NCBI RefSeq assembly: GCF_000025925.1
Contig: NC_014033.1
Coordinates: 900,001-932,000, forward strand
Origin: Xylanibacter ruminicola 23
GTDB taxonomy: Bacteria; Bacteroidota; Bacteroidia; Bacteroidales; Bacteroidaceae
Length of the DNA stretch: 32,000 nt
Direction: 5' to 3'
Below, piece by piece: positions 20,386 to 30,188 of this stretch. Position 1 is the first letter of the stretch. Every line of letters begins with the position of its first letter. The translations under genes and the position numbers were made by a program. The notes beneath the pieces are model-generated. The model saw only the letters and a list, made by a program, of their open reading frames with translations. It was not told the DNA's origin and made no database searches.

Positions 20386-23334
20386 TTATGGGTTATTTGA
20401 TTGTAATAGGAATTGCAAAATGCCCCGCATAATGCTGTTGCGCTTGGGCTCGTCCTTGATGCACTCGAAGGGGAATCCCATGGCGAACGACTTGTAATCG
20501 GTGCCGTTATAGGCTACCGAAGCGCTGTAATCGTCGGCATACTTCATGGCCGAGAATGCGGGATAAACAGGCTCGATGATTTCGGGATGCTGATCGGCAT
20601 AGTGCTGCTCGTTCAGCTGGCGATGGAAGGTGAACTGCAGACCGAGACCGTTGATAGAGTCGCGCTGCAGCGAGTCGGCATTCTGGCCCTGATAGGTTAG
20701 CTTGAGTATGTCGGCCAGATATGTGCGATCCACGGGATCCTGCATGTCGCTGCCCAGGTAGGCGCCGCTAACCAGGAGCGAACCGCCGCGCTTGGCAAAC
20801 AGGCGGATATGTTCGCGCAGCATGGGCGACATGAGCTGATAAGGTACCAGCGAGTAGCCATCCTTGCGTTGCAAACCAAGGATCACATCCATCATTTCAT
20901 AATTCTGAGGGTGTACCTCGTTATTGTCGAGTGCAGCCACCGAGCAGCTGGCCACGCGGTATTTGTGGGCGGTGGCGATGGCTGCAGCATGGGTGCGGAT
21001 ATAATCAAAATCGTTGCCGGCGATAAACTGGCCTTGCAGCGAGTCGTTGGTGTAGCCAAGGCCATCGCGGCGCTCGCTACCTATCTTGCTCTTGTCCCAA
21101 CCTATCTGATAGCCTAGCCATCCTGCTGTGCGACCATAGGTAACGCCGGCATCGGTGTCAAGGTCGAAGCCTTGCGAGGCGGTGTTATCTACCACCTGTG
21201 GGGCTGCCAAACGGGTAAAGCCGTTGACGATGAGTACCGACTTCTGGGCCTCGGGTACATCGAATACCGATACCACCTCGCTGGGGAAACTCTCGCCGCC
21301 ATCGTTAACAGCTGTGACGCGGAACGAGTACAACTTTTCGGGATCTACGGGGATGGTAACAGATGTTTCGGTGCCACCTTTGATATAGGTACCGTTATCG
21401 AATCCGCTGCGACCTGTGGCTGTGTAAACCACATAGCCGGTAGGTTTGGCGGTGGGCTCATATTCGTCGTAAACGGGGTGCCAGCTGATTTTGGCCTCGC
21501 CACGACCGGTAAGTTCGGCCGAGAGACGGTTAGGTGCCAAGGGCTGAACCACGTATTTCTTGTTGTGCATGGCGCTGATGTAGCGCAGCAGGGTTTTATA
21601 GATGCTGCGTGCCAGGTCGAAACGGAAGTTAGGATCCTGACCCATGCGCATGTCGGCAAAGTTCTGGTGCGACATGGTTTCGAGAATGGCGCTGGGCACC
21701 ATGGGGCAACGGGTTTCGCTGTAGTTGCGATCGTAGAGTTCGCGTGTGGGCCAGTTGCCGTATTTCTTTTTGATATCTGCGGGGATTGAGTAGAGCAACT
21801 CGTCGGCCAAGTCGCGTGATACCAGGCGGGTAAGACCTGAGTTGAGAATGCTGTCGTTAAGATAGGTGGTGCACACGCTCAGGGTGCCTGTGTGGCTCTT
21901 GCCATCGCGGGTGTAACCGGCATCGCTGTGAATGGCTAACGAGAGTTCGATGGGCACATTCAAACCGGTGGTGTCGGGTACAAACACAGAACCGCCAGCC
22001 AGGTGGTTGGTCATATAGCTGCGCACGTTGATGTCGTCGCCGTAATCGTCCTCGCCATCCTTGGTGCTATACACCTCGTAAGGCATGCCTGCCCACTGGG
22101 CGTAGTAGCGTGCGGCTTCGAGGCAGCGGGGCAGTCCGCTCACACCGCGACCACGATCGATGTTGCCCATACCGCCGCCAAAACGTACGGCATCGGCTGT
22201 TACCACACCGTGGTGGTGGCGACTAAGGTTGCTGAGCGTTACGCAGTTGCGTGTGCTCTGTCTTTGGTCGAAATAAAAAGTGCCCAGGTAAACCCATGTT
22301 TTCTCGCCCATCGTCTGATTCACACGGAACTCGGTGGGGATGCCTTGGTGCCATACGGTATAGTGGGCATCGTCGATGCTCTTATCGGTGGTGTGATAGC
22401 TCACATATACGGCGTAATTACCACTCTCGGTAATGGCGGGTTTCCAGATAATTTCGCTCTGGCGCTTGACGTTGTCGGTAGTGGCTGACTGGCGACAAGT
22501 ACCAGCGGTGAACGGATTTTCGAAGTCTTCATAACTACCTGAATGCCAGGCGAAACCATTAGTATTGCTCTTGCTCCACTGATGGGCGCCGTTGTGCTCG
22601 GTGTAGCCTGTTTCGGGGGTATCGTTATCCACTATAAACTCATTGCGCTGCCAGTCGCGTTCGCGTGGTGAGAACACAATGGCGCCTGCATTCTGCAGCA
22701 TGGGTATGAGGTAGGGGGTAACGATGGTTTGTGTAAACAGGTCCTCGCGTGTACCAAACAGTGCGGGGCGCTGCCATTTCCATGTGCTATCCTTGACGTT
22801 GAAATAGCGACCATGACTGGCCCAGAGCGAGATATGACGGTTTTGCAAACCCTCGGTGATGGTGTAGGGGAGTGAGGCGTTGCGAACCCATGGACGACCG
22901 TGGTAATCGATGTCGCCCCAGGTGCGGCTTTTGTCCTTGTGCTGGCGCAAACGGTTTGGCACCAGCTGGCGCAGATCCCAGCCACCGGTAGTGATAGTGA
23001 GATTGTAATCCTGAACCGAATCGGGCAGCAGCAGCTGCACTTCCTGATAGATGGTTTCGGCCAGGTCGTCGGTAAACAGCTGTTCGCCAAGATTATTGTT
23101 GGCGCTGATATCGACAGTGCGCAACGAGTCGTTAACCACCAGAGTCTTCAGGTGGAAAGTAGAGCGTATGCGTTGCTCATCGCTCTTAAAGTTCACAAAG
23201 TATCGGTCTATTTTATCCTTAAGCGATTTATAGGGGTCGGGCGGTGTTTTAACCTTAGCTTTCCGAGCCGCATCGGCGGGCATGGCAGTAAGCAAGGCAA
23301 ACACAGCCGCGAGTATGATACTTGTACGTTTCAT
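20386..23334 (-). CDS. large secreted protein with an amidase_3-like core and golvesin-C-like/Fn3-like regions (a family often annotated as xanthan lyase or N-acetylmuramoyl-L-alanine amidase)
   Basis: Signal peptide MKRTSIILAAVFALLTAMPADA. LSLAIHSDAGYT resembles the amidase_3 zinc-site motif. 982 aa. Confidence 0.7.
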   Translation of the reverse strand: MKRTSIILAAVFALLTAMPADAARKAKVKTPPDPYKSLKDKIDRYFVNFKSDEQRIRSTFHLKTLVVNDSLRTVDISANNNLGEQLFTDDLAETIYQEVQLLLPDSVQDYNLTITTGGWDLRQLVPNRLRQHKDKSRTWGDIDYHGRPWVRNASLPYTITEGLQNRHISLWASHGRYFNVKDSTWKWQRPALFGTREDLFTQTIVTPYLIPMLQNAGAIVFSPRERDWQRNEFIVDNDTPETGYTEHNGAHQWSKSNTNGFAWHSGSYEDFENPFTAGTCRQSATTDNVKRQSEIIWKPAITESGNYAVYVSYHTTDKSIDDAHYTVWHQGIPTEFRVNQTMGEKTWVYLGTFYFDQRQSTRNCVTLSNLSRHHHGVVTADAVRFGGGMGNIDRGRGVSGLPRCLEAARYYAQWAGMPYEVYSTKDGEDDYGDDINVRSYMTNHLAGGSVFVPDTTGLNVPIELSLAIHSDAGYTRDGKSHTGTLSVCTTYLNDSILNSGLTRLVSRDLADELLYSIPADIKKKYGNWPTRELYDRNYSETRCPMVPSAILETMSHQNFADMRMGQDPNFRFDLARSIYKTLLRYISAMHNKKYVVQPLAPNRLSAELTGRGEAKISWHPVYDEYEPTAKPTGYVVYTATGRSGFDNGTYIKGGTETSVTIPVDPEKLYSFRVTAVNDGGESFPSEVVSVFDVPEAQKSVLIVNGFTRLAAPQVVDNTASQGFDLDTDAGVTYGRTAGWLGYQIGWDKSKIGSERRDGLGYTNDSLQGQFIAGNDFDYIRTHAAAIATAHKYRVASCSVAALDNNEVHPQNYEMMDVILGLQRKDGYSLVPYQLMSPMLREHIRLFAKRGGSLLVSGAYLGSDMQDPVDRTYLADILKLTYQGQNADSLQRDSINGLGLQFTFHRQLNEQHYADQHPEIIEPVYPAFSAMKYADDYSASVAYNGTDYKSFAMGFPFECIKDEPKRNSIMRGILQFLLQSNNP

Positions 23335-23903
23335 TGTTTGGTAATATCTCCTATCTCTCCTATCGAGAAGTTCTCGGGCTTCTTGCCCTTGAAATCCTTA
23401 AAATATAATTTTATTTCCCGCATGTCGGCCTCCAGGTCGCCTGTGGGAATGATGGTTTTTGTACACTGAATCAGTTTGCGTTCATAATCCACCCCATATA
23501 ATAAAATAGGTATGCCGGCCTTGAGTGCGATGAAGTAGAAACCTTTTTTCCACTCGTCAACGCGGCTGCGGGTGCCCTCGGGGGTGATACAAAGTTTGAA
23601 CTGAGAAACCGACTTGGCTGTATCGGCCATCGCGTCGGTCATGCTCATCTTTTTCTGTCGGAATACGGGTATGCCGCCCATACTACGGAAGATAGGGCCA
23701 AGCGGCCAGAAGAACCATTCCTTCTTCATCAGGAAGTTAATCTTCATACCCTCGGCTCTACTGTAAAGCTGCCCAAGCAAAAAGTCCCAGTTACTGGTGT
23801 GGGGCGCTAAACAGATAATGAACTTTTCGGGGTGGTTTTCGGAAATCTCCTTCTGCCACCCCATGCGTTTGTACAGAATCCATCTGCAAAGTGATTTTAG
23901 CAT
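23331..23903 (-). CDS. 1-acyl-sn-glycerol-3-phosphate acyltransferase family protein
   Basis: H(X4)D acyltransferase motif in LAPHTSNWDF, and a later ITPEGTRS motif. Confidence 0.8.
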   Translation of the reverse strand: MLKSLCRWILYKRMGWQKEISENHPEKFIICLAPHTSNWDFLLGQLYSRAEGMKINFLMKKEWFFWPLGPIFRSMGGIPVFRQKKMSMTDAMADTAKSVSQFKLCITPEGTRSRVDEWKKGFYFIALKAGIPILLYGVDYERKLIQCTKTIIPTGDLEADMREIKLYFKDFKGKKPENFSIGEIGDITKQ

Positions 23904-23915
23904 TGCAGCAAGGGA

Positions 23916-24182
23916 TTACGCGTTAAGCTGATCAACAATCTGCTGTGCTTCAGCGGTAAACTTATCGCGCAGGTCCTTATAATATGCCTGTACATCCATT
24001 CCTGGCTCTGGGTGTGAAATACGACTGATGTAGTTAGCACGGAGCATGATTACAGAGCGAATCAAGGCATCGTCGTTTTCCATGTTTCTGTCGTTATCAT
24101 ACAAAGAGAGCGCTACAGCCTCAGCAAAAATCTCATCACAGATTGCATTAATGCTTTTCTTAAGTGTTCTTTTGTTCATCAT
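23916..24182 (-). CDS. hypothetical protein, 88 aa
   Basis: Compact ORF with normal composition. No domain recognised. Confidence 0.5.
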   Translation of the reverse strand: MMNKRTLKKSINAICDEIFAEAVALSLYDNDRNMENDDALIRSVIMLRANYISRISHPEPGMDVQAYYKDLRDKFTAEAQQIVDQLNA

Positions 24183-24338
24183 AATTATTTCGTTTAAATC
24201 CCCTCCTTTTGGGGTGTTTTGTTATATTCATAAAGCAAAGTTAGAAAAAAAATCTGAGATTACAAGTGTTTTACACCAAAAAAATATTAAAATGCCAAAA
24301 ATACATCGATTTCTTTCGTATTTCTTACAAAAATTCAC

Positions 24339-24346
24339 TAATTTTG
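24339..24346 (+). promoter_or_regulatory. -7 box (TAATTTTG) for pfp
   Basis: TAnnTTTG match 44 nt upstream of the ATG at 24391. Confidence 0.5.
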
Positions 24347-24390
24347 CGGCTCAGAAAACAATTACTCATTAATTTATAAGGAATAATAAT

Positions 24391-26028
24391 ATGGAAAAAA
24401 GTGCATTGCAGATGGCGAGAGCCGCTTATCAGCCTAAGTTGCCTAAGGCACTTCAGGGTGCAGTAAAAGTTAAGGAGGGTGCCGCTACACAGAGTGTAGG
24501 CGACCAGGAGGAGATCAAGAAGCTCTTCCCTAACACTTACGGTATGCCTATCGTAGAGTTTGAGCCCGCTACCGAGGCTAACAACACTAAGATGAACGTA
24601 GGTATCATCCTCTCAGGCGGTCAGGCTCCTGGCGGTCACAATGTGATTACTGGTCTCTTCGATCAGATTAAGAAGCTGAACCCTGAGAACCGTCTGTTCG
24701 GTTTCATCCTGGGTCCTGGCGGTCTGGTAGATCATAACTACATGGAGCTCACAGCTGATATCATCGACGAGTATCGTAACACTGGTGGTTTCGATATGAT
24801 CGGTTCTGGTCGTACAAAGCTGGAGAAGGTTGACCAGTTCGAGAAGGGTCTCGAGATTATCCGCGAGCTGAACATCAAGGCTATCGTTATCATCGGTGGT
24901 GACGACTCTAACACTAACGCTTGTGTACTGGCTGAGTACTATGCTGCCAAGAACTACGGCGTGCAGGTAATCGGTTGTCCTAAGACTATCGACGGTGACC
25001 TGAAGAACGATCAGATTGAGACTTCGTTCGGTTTCGATACAGCTTGTAAGACATACTCTGAGCTGATTGGTAACATCGAGCGTGACTGTAACTCAGCACG
25101 TAAGTACTGGCACTTCATTAAGGTAATGGGTCGCTCAGCATCTCACATCGCCCTGGAGTGCGCTCTGCAGACTCAGCCAAACATCTGCCTCGTATCTGAG
25201 GAGATCGAGCAGAAGGGTATGAGCCTCGACGATATCGTTACATACATCGCTAACGCTGTTTGCCAGCGTGCTGCTGATGGTAACAACTTCGGTACTGTTA
25301 TCATCCCTGAGGGTGTTATCGAGTTCATTCCTGCTATCAAGAAGCTGATTGCTCAGCTGAACGACGTTCTGGCTATGCCAGAGGCTAAGGAGCTGGATCG
25401 TCACGAGTCGATCGACTTCGTTAAGGCTCACCTGACCGACGAGAACCTCGCTGTATTCAACAGCCTGCCTACAGGTGTTGCTCGTCAGCTGGCTCTCGAC
25501 CGCGACCCACACGGAAACGTACAGGTATCACTGATCGAGACCGAGAAGCTGCTCTCTACTATGGTAGCTCAGAAGCTCGAGAAGATGAAGAAGGAAGGTA
25601 AGTACTCTGGTAAGTTCTCAGCTCAGCACCACTTCTTCGGTTACGAGGGACGTTGCGCTGCTCCTTCTAACTTTGATGCTGACTACTGCTACGCTCTTGG
25701 TACATCAGCTGCCCAGCTGATTGCTAACGGCAAGACCGGTTACATGGCTATCGTTAAGAACACAACAGCTCCTGCTGAGCAGTGGATTGCTGGTGGTGTG
25801 CCCATCACAATGATGATGAACATGGAGAAGCGTGCTGGTGAGATGAAGCCAGTTATCCGTAAGGCTCTCGTTGAGCTCGACGGTGCTCCTTTCAAGACCT
25901 TCGCTGCACAGCGTGATCGTTGGGCTCGCGAAACCGCTTATGTATATCCTGGTCCAATCCAGTACTGGGGTCCAACAGAGGTTTGCGATCAGCCAACCCG
26001 TACACTTGCTCTTGAGCAGGGTAAGTAA
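24391..26028 (+). CDS. pfp: diphosphate--fructose-6-phosphate 1-phosphotransferase (PPi-dependent PFK)
   Basis: 545 aa. [34 protein letters not shown] and MGRSASHI are hallmark long-form PPi-PFK motifs. Confidence 0.92.
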   Translation: MEKSALQMARAAYQPKLPKALQGAVKVKEGAATQSVGDQEEIKKLFPNTYGMPIVEFEPATEANNTKMNVGIILSGGQAPGGHNVITGLFDQIKKLNPENRLFGFILGPGGLVDHNYMELTADIIDEYRNTGGFDMIGSGRTKLEKVDQFEKGLEIIRELNIKAIVIIGGDDSNTNACVLAEYYAAKNYGVQVIGCPKTIDGDLKNDQIETSFGFDTACKTYSELIGNIERDCNSARKYWHFIKVMGRSASHIALECALQTQPNICLVSEEIEQKGMSLDDIVTYIANAVCQRAADGNNFGTVIIPEGVIEFIPAIKKLIAQLNDVLAMPEAKELDRHESIDFVKAHLTDENLAVFNSLPTGVARQLALDRDPHGNVQVSLIETEKLLSTMVAQKLEKMKKEGKYSGKFSAQHHFFGYEGRCAAPSNFDADYCYALGTSAAQLIANGKTGYMAIVKNTTAPAEQWIAGGVPITMMMNMEKRAGEMKPVIRKALVELDGAPFKTFAAQRDRWARETAYVYPGPIQYWGPTEVCDQPTRTLALEQGK

Positions 26029-26039
26029 TTAATTTATTA

Positions 26040-26115
26040 GGCGCGAATTACGCGAATTATCACGAATTATTTTATTTATTCGCGCAAATTCGTGTAATTC
26101 GTGCCTTTTCTTTTT
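26040..26115 (+). terminator. long imperfect hairpin built from AATTCGYG words plus a T-run: pfp terminator and member of a dispersed repeat family
   Basis: The left arm gcgcgaattacgcgaattatcacgaatta pairs with the right arm ttattcgcgcaaattcgtgtaattcgtgc, allowing G-U pairs and a few mismatches. ttttcttttt follows. Confidence 0.65.
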
Positions 26116-26120
26116 CGTTG

Positions 26121-27017
26121 ATGCCAAAGCGCCGAGTTGTTCGTAGAAAAGGGGTAGGTACTACCCGCACTTACCATGGTCCACGTGGCCATCGTAAGCC
26201 CGGATTCTTTGTCCGTATTCTACAACATATGCCCGGGTGGGCGTATTGGGTAGGCGGCGGTGCTGTTGTGGCGGTATACGTTTACTTTTTCTATTATTTC
26301 TTTGTAGGTCCGTTCGGATTCCGCTGGCGTGCCCTTTATGGCGACGTGAGCTATCCCGAGGGCTACGAGATTCATGGTATCGACATCAGTCATCATCAGG
26401 GACGCATCAACTGGGATGAGCTCAAGGACAACGGACAGATAGACCACTGTCCTATCCGCTTTGTGATGATTAAAGCTACTGAAGGGGCTACACGTACTGA
26501 CGAGAACTTCCGTGAGAATTTCTATCAGGCACGTGAGAATGGTTTTACCCGCGGGGCTTATCACTTCTATAGTGTGCATACGCCCGCTGAAGAGCAGGCT
26601 TATCATTTTATCAATACCGTTAAGCTGGAGAATGGCGACTTGCCTCCTGTGCTTGACGTGGAGCATAAACCTAAGAACCAGAGTGATGAAGACTTCAAAT
26701 ACTCTGTGCTACGCTGGTTGCACTTGGTGGAGAATCACTACCAGGTGAAACCTATTATCTATACCTATTTTAAATTCAAGACACGCTATCTCTCTGATCC
26801 TGTGTTCGATCAGTATCCTTATTGGATAGCGCATTATTATGTTGACTCGCTGGAATACCAAGGACCTTGGAAATTCTGGCAGCATACCGATGTGGGTCGA
26901 TTGCCGGGTATTAAAGGTAATGTTGACTTTAATATCTACAACGGTTCGTATTACGACCTGCGCCAAATGACTCTTGGTTCGCAAGAGACGATTGGCGAAA
27001 AAGCATACCGCGAATAA
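26121..27017 (+). CDS. glycoside hydrolase family 25 lysozyme with an N-terminal membrane anchor
   Basis: HGIDISHHQGRINWDEL and the FVMIKATEG...Y motifs are typical of GH25. The N-terminal WAYWVGGGAVVAVYVYFFYYFFV is hydrophobic. The track start at 26118 is a TTG, and the ATG is at 26121. Confidence 0.85.
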   Translation: MPKRRVVRRKGVGTTRTYHGPRGHRKPGFFVRILQHMPGWAYWVGGGAVVAVYVYFFYYFFVGPFGFRWRALYGDVSYPEGYEIHGIDISHHQGRINWDELKDNGQIDHCPIRFVMIKATEGATRTDENFRENFYQARENGFTRGAYHFYSVHTPAEEQAYHFINTVKLENGDLPPVLDVEHKPKNQSDEDFKYSVLRWLHLVENHYQVKPIIYTYFKFKTRYLSDPVFDQYPYWIAHYYVDSLEYQGPWKFWQHTDVGRLPGIKGNVDFNIYNGSYYDLRQMTLGSQETIGEKAYRE

Positions 27018-27029
27018 GTTTTTGGGTTG

Positions 27030-27770
27030 TTATCCCCTGCGGCGGAATTCGGAGCAGGTGATAGCGGTGGCGATGGCTACATTCAGGCTATCGGCAGTTG
27101 GACCTTTATGGAAATCAGGAATCAGCAGCTTGTGGGTAACACGTGCGCGCACGGCATCGCTGATACCATTACCCTCGTTGCCCATTACAATCAGGCCCTG
27201 TTGCGATAGCTCCTGTGTGTAGATATTCTCGCCGTCCAGGAAGGTGCCGTAAACGGGGAAATCCTTGGGCAGTGAATCAAGCAGTTGCATGGTGTCTATA
27301 TATATAAGGTGTACGCGGGCAATCGAACCCATCGTAGCCTGAACCACTTTGGGGTTCCAGGCATCTACCGTGCCTTCGCTACAGAAAATGGTGTCGATAC
27401 CAAACCAATCGGCAATGCGGATGATGGTTCCCAGGTTGCCGGGATCCTGGACGTTGTCGAGCAGGATAGAGAGTTGTTGGGTGCTTGGTGTTTGGTGTTG
27501 GGGGGTAGGTATGGGGAAGAGGGCGAGCACCTGCTGGGGGTGTTGCTGCAGAGAGAGTTTGGTAAGCTCGTCGTTGGTAACCTCGATGGCACCGGCAACA
27601 GGGTTGGCAGCTATCCATTCGGCAGTAGCAAACAGCTGCTTGGGGGTATAGCCGGCTTTCAGTAAATCGCCCACAACCTTATGACCTTCGGCAATGAAAA
27701 GGCCCTCTTGTTTGCGAAACTTCTTCAACTCAAGTTGGTGTACGAATTTAATCTGATTCTTGCTTATCAT
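27030..27770 (-). CDS. TrmH/SpoU family RNA 2'-O-methyltransferase
   Basis: LDNVQDPGNLGTIIRIADWFG, ...IVMGNEGNGIS and ...SLNVAIATAI are the three SpoU methylase motifs. Confidence 0.85.
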   Translation of the reverse strand: MISKNQIKFVHQLELKKFRKQEGLFIAEGHKVVGDLLKAGYTPKQLFATAEWIAANPVAGAIEVTNDELTKLSLQQHPQQVLALFPIPTPQHQTPSTQQLSILLDNVQDPGNLGTIIRIADWFGIDTIFCSEGTVDAWNPKVVQATMGSIARVHLIYIDTMQLLDSLPKDFPVYGTFLDGENIYTQELSQQGLIVMGNEGNGISDAVRARVTHKLLIPDFHKGPTADSLNVAIATAITCSEFRRRG

Positions 27771-27793
27771 ACTCTGTCTGTCTGATTTTTGTG

Positions 27794-27801
27794 CAAAGTT
27801 A
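27794..27801 (-). promoter_or_regulatory. -7 box (TAACTTTG on the minus strand) for the trmH-family gene
   Basis: TAnnTTTG match 23 nt upstream of the ATG at 27770. Confidence 0.5.
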
Positions 27802-27811
27802 CAGGTTTTTA

Positions 27812-27876
27812 GGCATGAATTACGCGAATTAGCCGAATTTTTTTAATATTTCGTGTTAATTCGTGCCATTCGTGCC
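27812..27876 (+). repeat. second copy of the AATTCGTG-word hairpin element, located inside a divergent promoter region
   Basis: It shares the exact strings gaattacgcgaatta (27817-27831 = 26045-26059) and taattcgtgcc (27857-27867 = 26095-26105) with the pfp terminator element. A T-run follows at 27878-27885. Confidence 0.75.
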
Positions 27877-27887
27877 GTTTTTTTTAT

Positions 27888-27895
27888 TAATTTTG
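27888..27895 (+). promoter_or_regulatory. -7 box (TAATTTTG) immediately upstream of the Omp85-family gene
   Basis: TAnnTTTG match 7 nt before the ATG at 27903. This implies a near-leaderless transcript or a downstream true start. Confidence 0.35.
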
Positions 27896-27902
27896 CGCCA
27901 AA

Positions 27903-30092
27903 ATGGATCCGAAGGCAACTCATAATAGGTTTTTACCCCCCATATGTCTGGCTGCAGCACTCGTTCTGAGTAGCTGTTCGGTGAGTCGTGATATTCCGGA
28001 AGACAGCTACCTGCTGAACAAAGTAAAGGTGGTCGCCGATGGTAAGTATCACGATATTAATCCGGGTAGTTTGAAGGGCTATGTGCGACAGAAACCTAAC
28101 TCGCGCTGGTTCTCGGCTGTAAAATTGCCTTTGGGTGTTTATGCGATGGCGGGCAAGGACAGCTCGTGGGTGAACCGTATGCTGCGACAGATGGGCGAGG
28201 CGCCTGTTATCTACGATACGCTTCAGGCACAGCTTACTTGTAAGGATCTGCAGCAGGCCCTGCAGAACAAAGGTTATCTGGATGCTCAGGTTGAACTGTT
28301 TATCGATAAGAACAAGCATAAACTTGATGCCGTGTATGTGCTGCATCCAGGCAAGCCTTATTTTGTACGCGAACTGGATTTTGTGATCGAGGATACCACG
28401 GTGGCGCGCTTGCTGCGTGGACGTTCGTCGTTGTTGCATCAGGATATGCAGTTCAGCGTTGAGACATTGTCGGCCGAGCGTAATGCCATCACCCAGTATC
28501 TGCAGAATCGCGGTTACTTCCGTTTCCATAAGGAGTATATTACCTATGGTGCCCGTAAAGACGAGGAGCGGCAGGGTGTTAACCTGAGGTTGTTGTTGCA
28601 ACAGCAGCACAAGGCCTATACCATCGATAGTATCAAGTACGAGGGTGGTGCCGACGATCATCTGCATCTGCGCCCTAAAGTGCTGAGCGAGAATACGTTC
28701 CTGGAATCAGGAAAGCCTTATTCGGCAGAAAAGCTGCAGAATACCTATAACCACTTCGGACGATTGGGTGCTGTAAAATATACCAATATTGCCTTTGAGC
28801 AGCAGCCCGATACCACGTTGCTGGATGCTACGATTCAGGTGCAGACCAACAAGCCATCTACCATCAGTTTCCAGCCCGAAGGTACTAATACCGCTGGCGA
28901 CTTTGGTGCGGCTGCCTCGCTCACTTATCAGAACCGTAACCTGTTCCGTGGGTCGGAAACATTCAGTTTGCAGTTGCGTGGCGCCTACGAGGCCATCAAA
29001 GGTTTGGAGGGTTACAGCAATCAGGACTTTACCGAGTATAGTGCCGAAACCAAACTCTCGTTCCCACGATTCATCATGCCGTTCCTGAGTAGCAGTTTCC
29101 GTCGCCGTACGATTGCCACCAGCGAATTGTCGCTGTTGTACGATGTGCAGGACCGTCCTGAGTTCCATCGTCGAGTCTTGTCAGCTGGTTGGTCGTATCT
29201 CTGGAAACCCCAGAATCATCATGATAGTTATCGTTTCGACCTGGTGAATCTGAACTATGTGTTCATGCCTTGGATTAGTGAAACTTTTAAGACAGAATAT
29301 CTTGATAACACCTCGAACCAGAATGTGATTCTGCGCTACAATTACGAAGACCTGTTTATTATGAAAATGGGTTTTGGTTACGTATATAACAACGGTGTAG
29401 TAGCGCTGAAAACCAATGTTGAAACAGCTGGTAATCTGTTAGGCGCCTGCTCTAAGATTTTTGGTGGTTCGAAGAACGATTTAGGTCAGTATAAACTCTT
29501 TAATATCGCCTATGCACAGTACGTAAAGGGCGATTTCGACTATACCCAGCAAATCTTCAAGGGTACTAACGATCAGTTGGTGTTCCACATCGGTCTGGGA
29601 GTAGCTTATCCGTATGGTAACTCTAAGGTGTTGCCATTCGAGAAACGTTACTTCTCGGGTGGAGCCAACAGCGTTCGTGGATGGTCGGTTCGTAGTCTCG
29701 GTCCCGGTCGTTACAAGGACAAGGATGGACGTATAAACTTTATTACAATGACGGGCGATCTGAAGCTGGATTTGAACGTGGAATATCGCATGAAGTTGTT
29801 CTGGAAATTCAACGGCGCTATTTTTGCCGATGCCGGTAACATCTGGACGCTGCGCGATTATCCCGATCAGCCTGGCGGACAGTTTAAGTTTAATACCTTC
29901 CTGAGCGACTTGGCTGTGAGCTATGGTGCCGGTTTGCGACTGAACTTCGACTATTTTATTCTGCGCTTCGATTTGGGTATGAAAGCCATCAATCCTGCTT
30001 TCGAGATTGAGTCGGAAGCTCACTACCCAATTCTCCATCCCAAGTTGAGTCGCGACCTTGCCTTCCACTTTGCAGTAGGTATGCCATTCTAA
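27903..30092 (+). CDS. BamA/TamA (Omp85) family outer-membrane protein
   Basis: 729 aa. Signal/lipobox AAALVLSSCS. The C-terminal bacterial surface antigen (D15) barrel motifs ...RYFSGGANSVRGW... end in an aromatic residue (GMPF). Confidence 0.8.
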   Translation: MDPKATHNRFLPPICLAAALVLSSCSVSRDIPEDSYLLNKVKVVADGKYHDINPGSLKGYVRQKPNSRWFSAVKLPLGVYAMAGKDSSWVNRMLRQMGEAPVIYDTLQAQLTCKDLQQALQNKGYLDAQVELFIDKNKHKLDAVYVLHPGKPYFVRELDFVIEDTTVARLLRGRSSLLHQDMQFSVETLSAERNAITQYLQNRGYFRFHKEYITYGARKDEERQGVNLRLLLQQQHKAYTIDSIKYEGGADDHLHLRPKVLSENTFLESGKPYSAEKLQNTYNHFGRLGAVKYTNIAFEQQPDTTLLDATIQVQTNKPSTISFQPEGTNTAGDFGAAASLTYQNRNLFRGSETFSLQLRGAYEAIKGLEGYSNQDFTEYSAETKLSFPRFIMPFLSSSFRRRTIATSELSLLYDVQDRPEFHRRVLSAGWSYLWKPQNHHDSYRFDLVNLNYVFMPWISETFKTEYLDNTSNQNVILRYNYEDLFIMKMGFGYVYNNGVVALKTNVETAGNLLGACSKIFGGSKNDLGQYKLFNIAYAQYVKGDFDYTQQIFKGTNDQLVFHIGLGVAYPYGNSKVLPFEKRYFSGGANSVRGWSVRSLGPGRYKDKDGRINFITMTGDLKLDLNVEYRMKLFWKFNGAIFADAGNIWTLRDYPDQPGGQFKFNTFLSDLAVSYGAGLRLNFDYFILRFDLGMKAINPAFEIESEAHYPILHPKLSRDLAFHFAVGMPF

Positions 30093-30161
30093 TTACTGTT
30101 AAAAAAGTAAAATAGTACGGCATCTCTAAATTTTAAATTCTCATTTCTCGATTATTTGTGC

Positions 30162-30169
30162 TACCTTTG
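30162..30169 (+). promoter_or_regulatory. -7 box (TACCTTTG) for the MBL-fold gene
   Basis: TAnnTTTG match 19 nt upstream of the ATG at 30189. Confidence 0.5.
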
Positions 30170-30188
30170 CACGAAAATTATATTTGAG

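Noticed and set aside
27812-27886. Calling the second AATTCGTG hairpin a functional intrinsic terminator
   Set aside because: It has the hairpin plus T-run form, but there is no upstream plus-strand transcription unit to terminate. I report it as a repeat/regulatory candidate instead.
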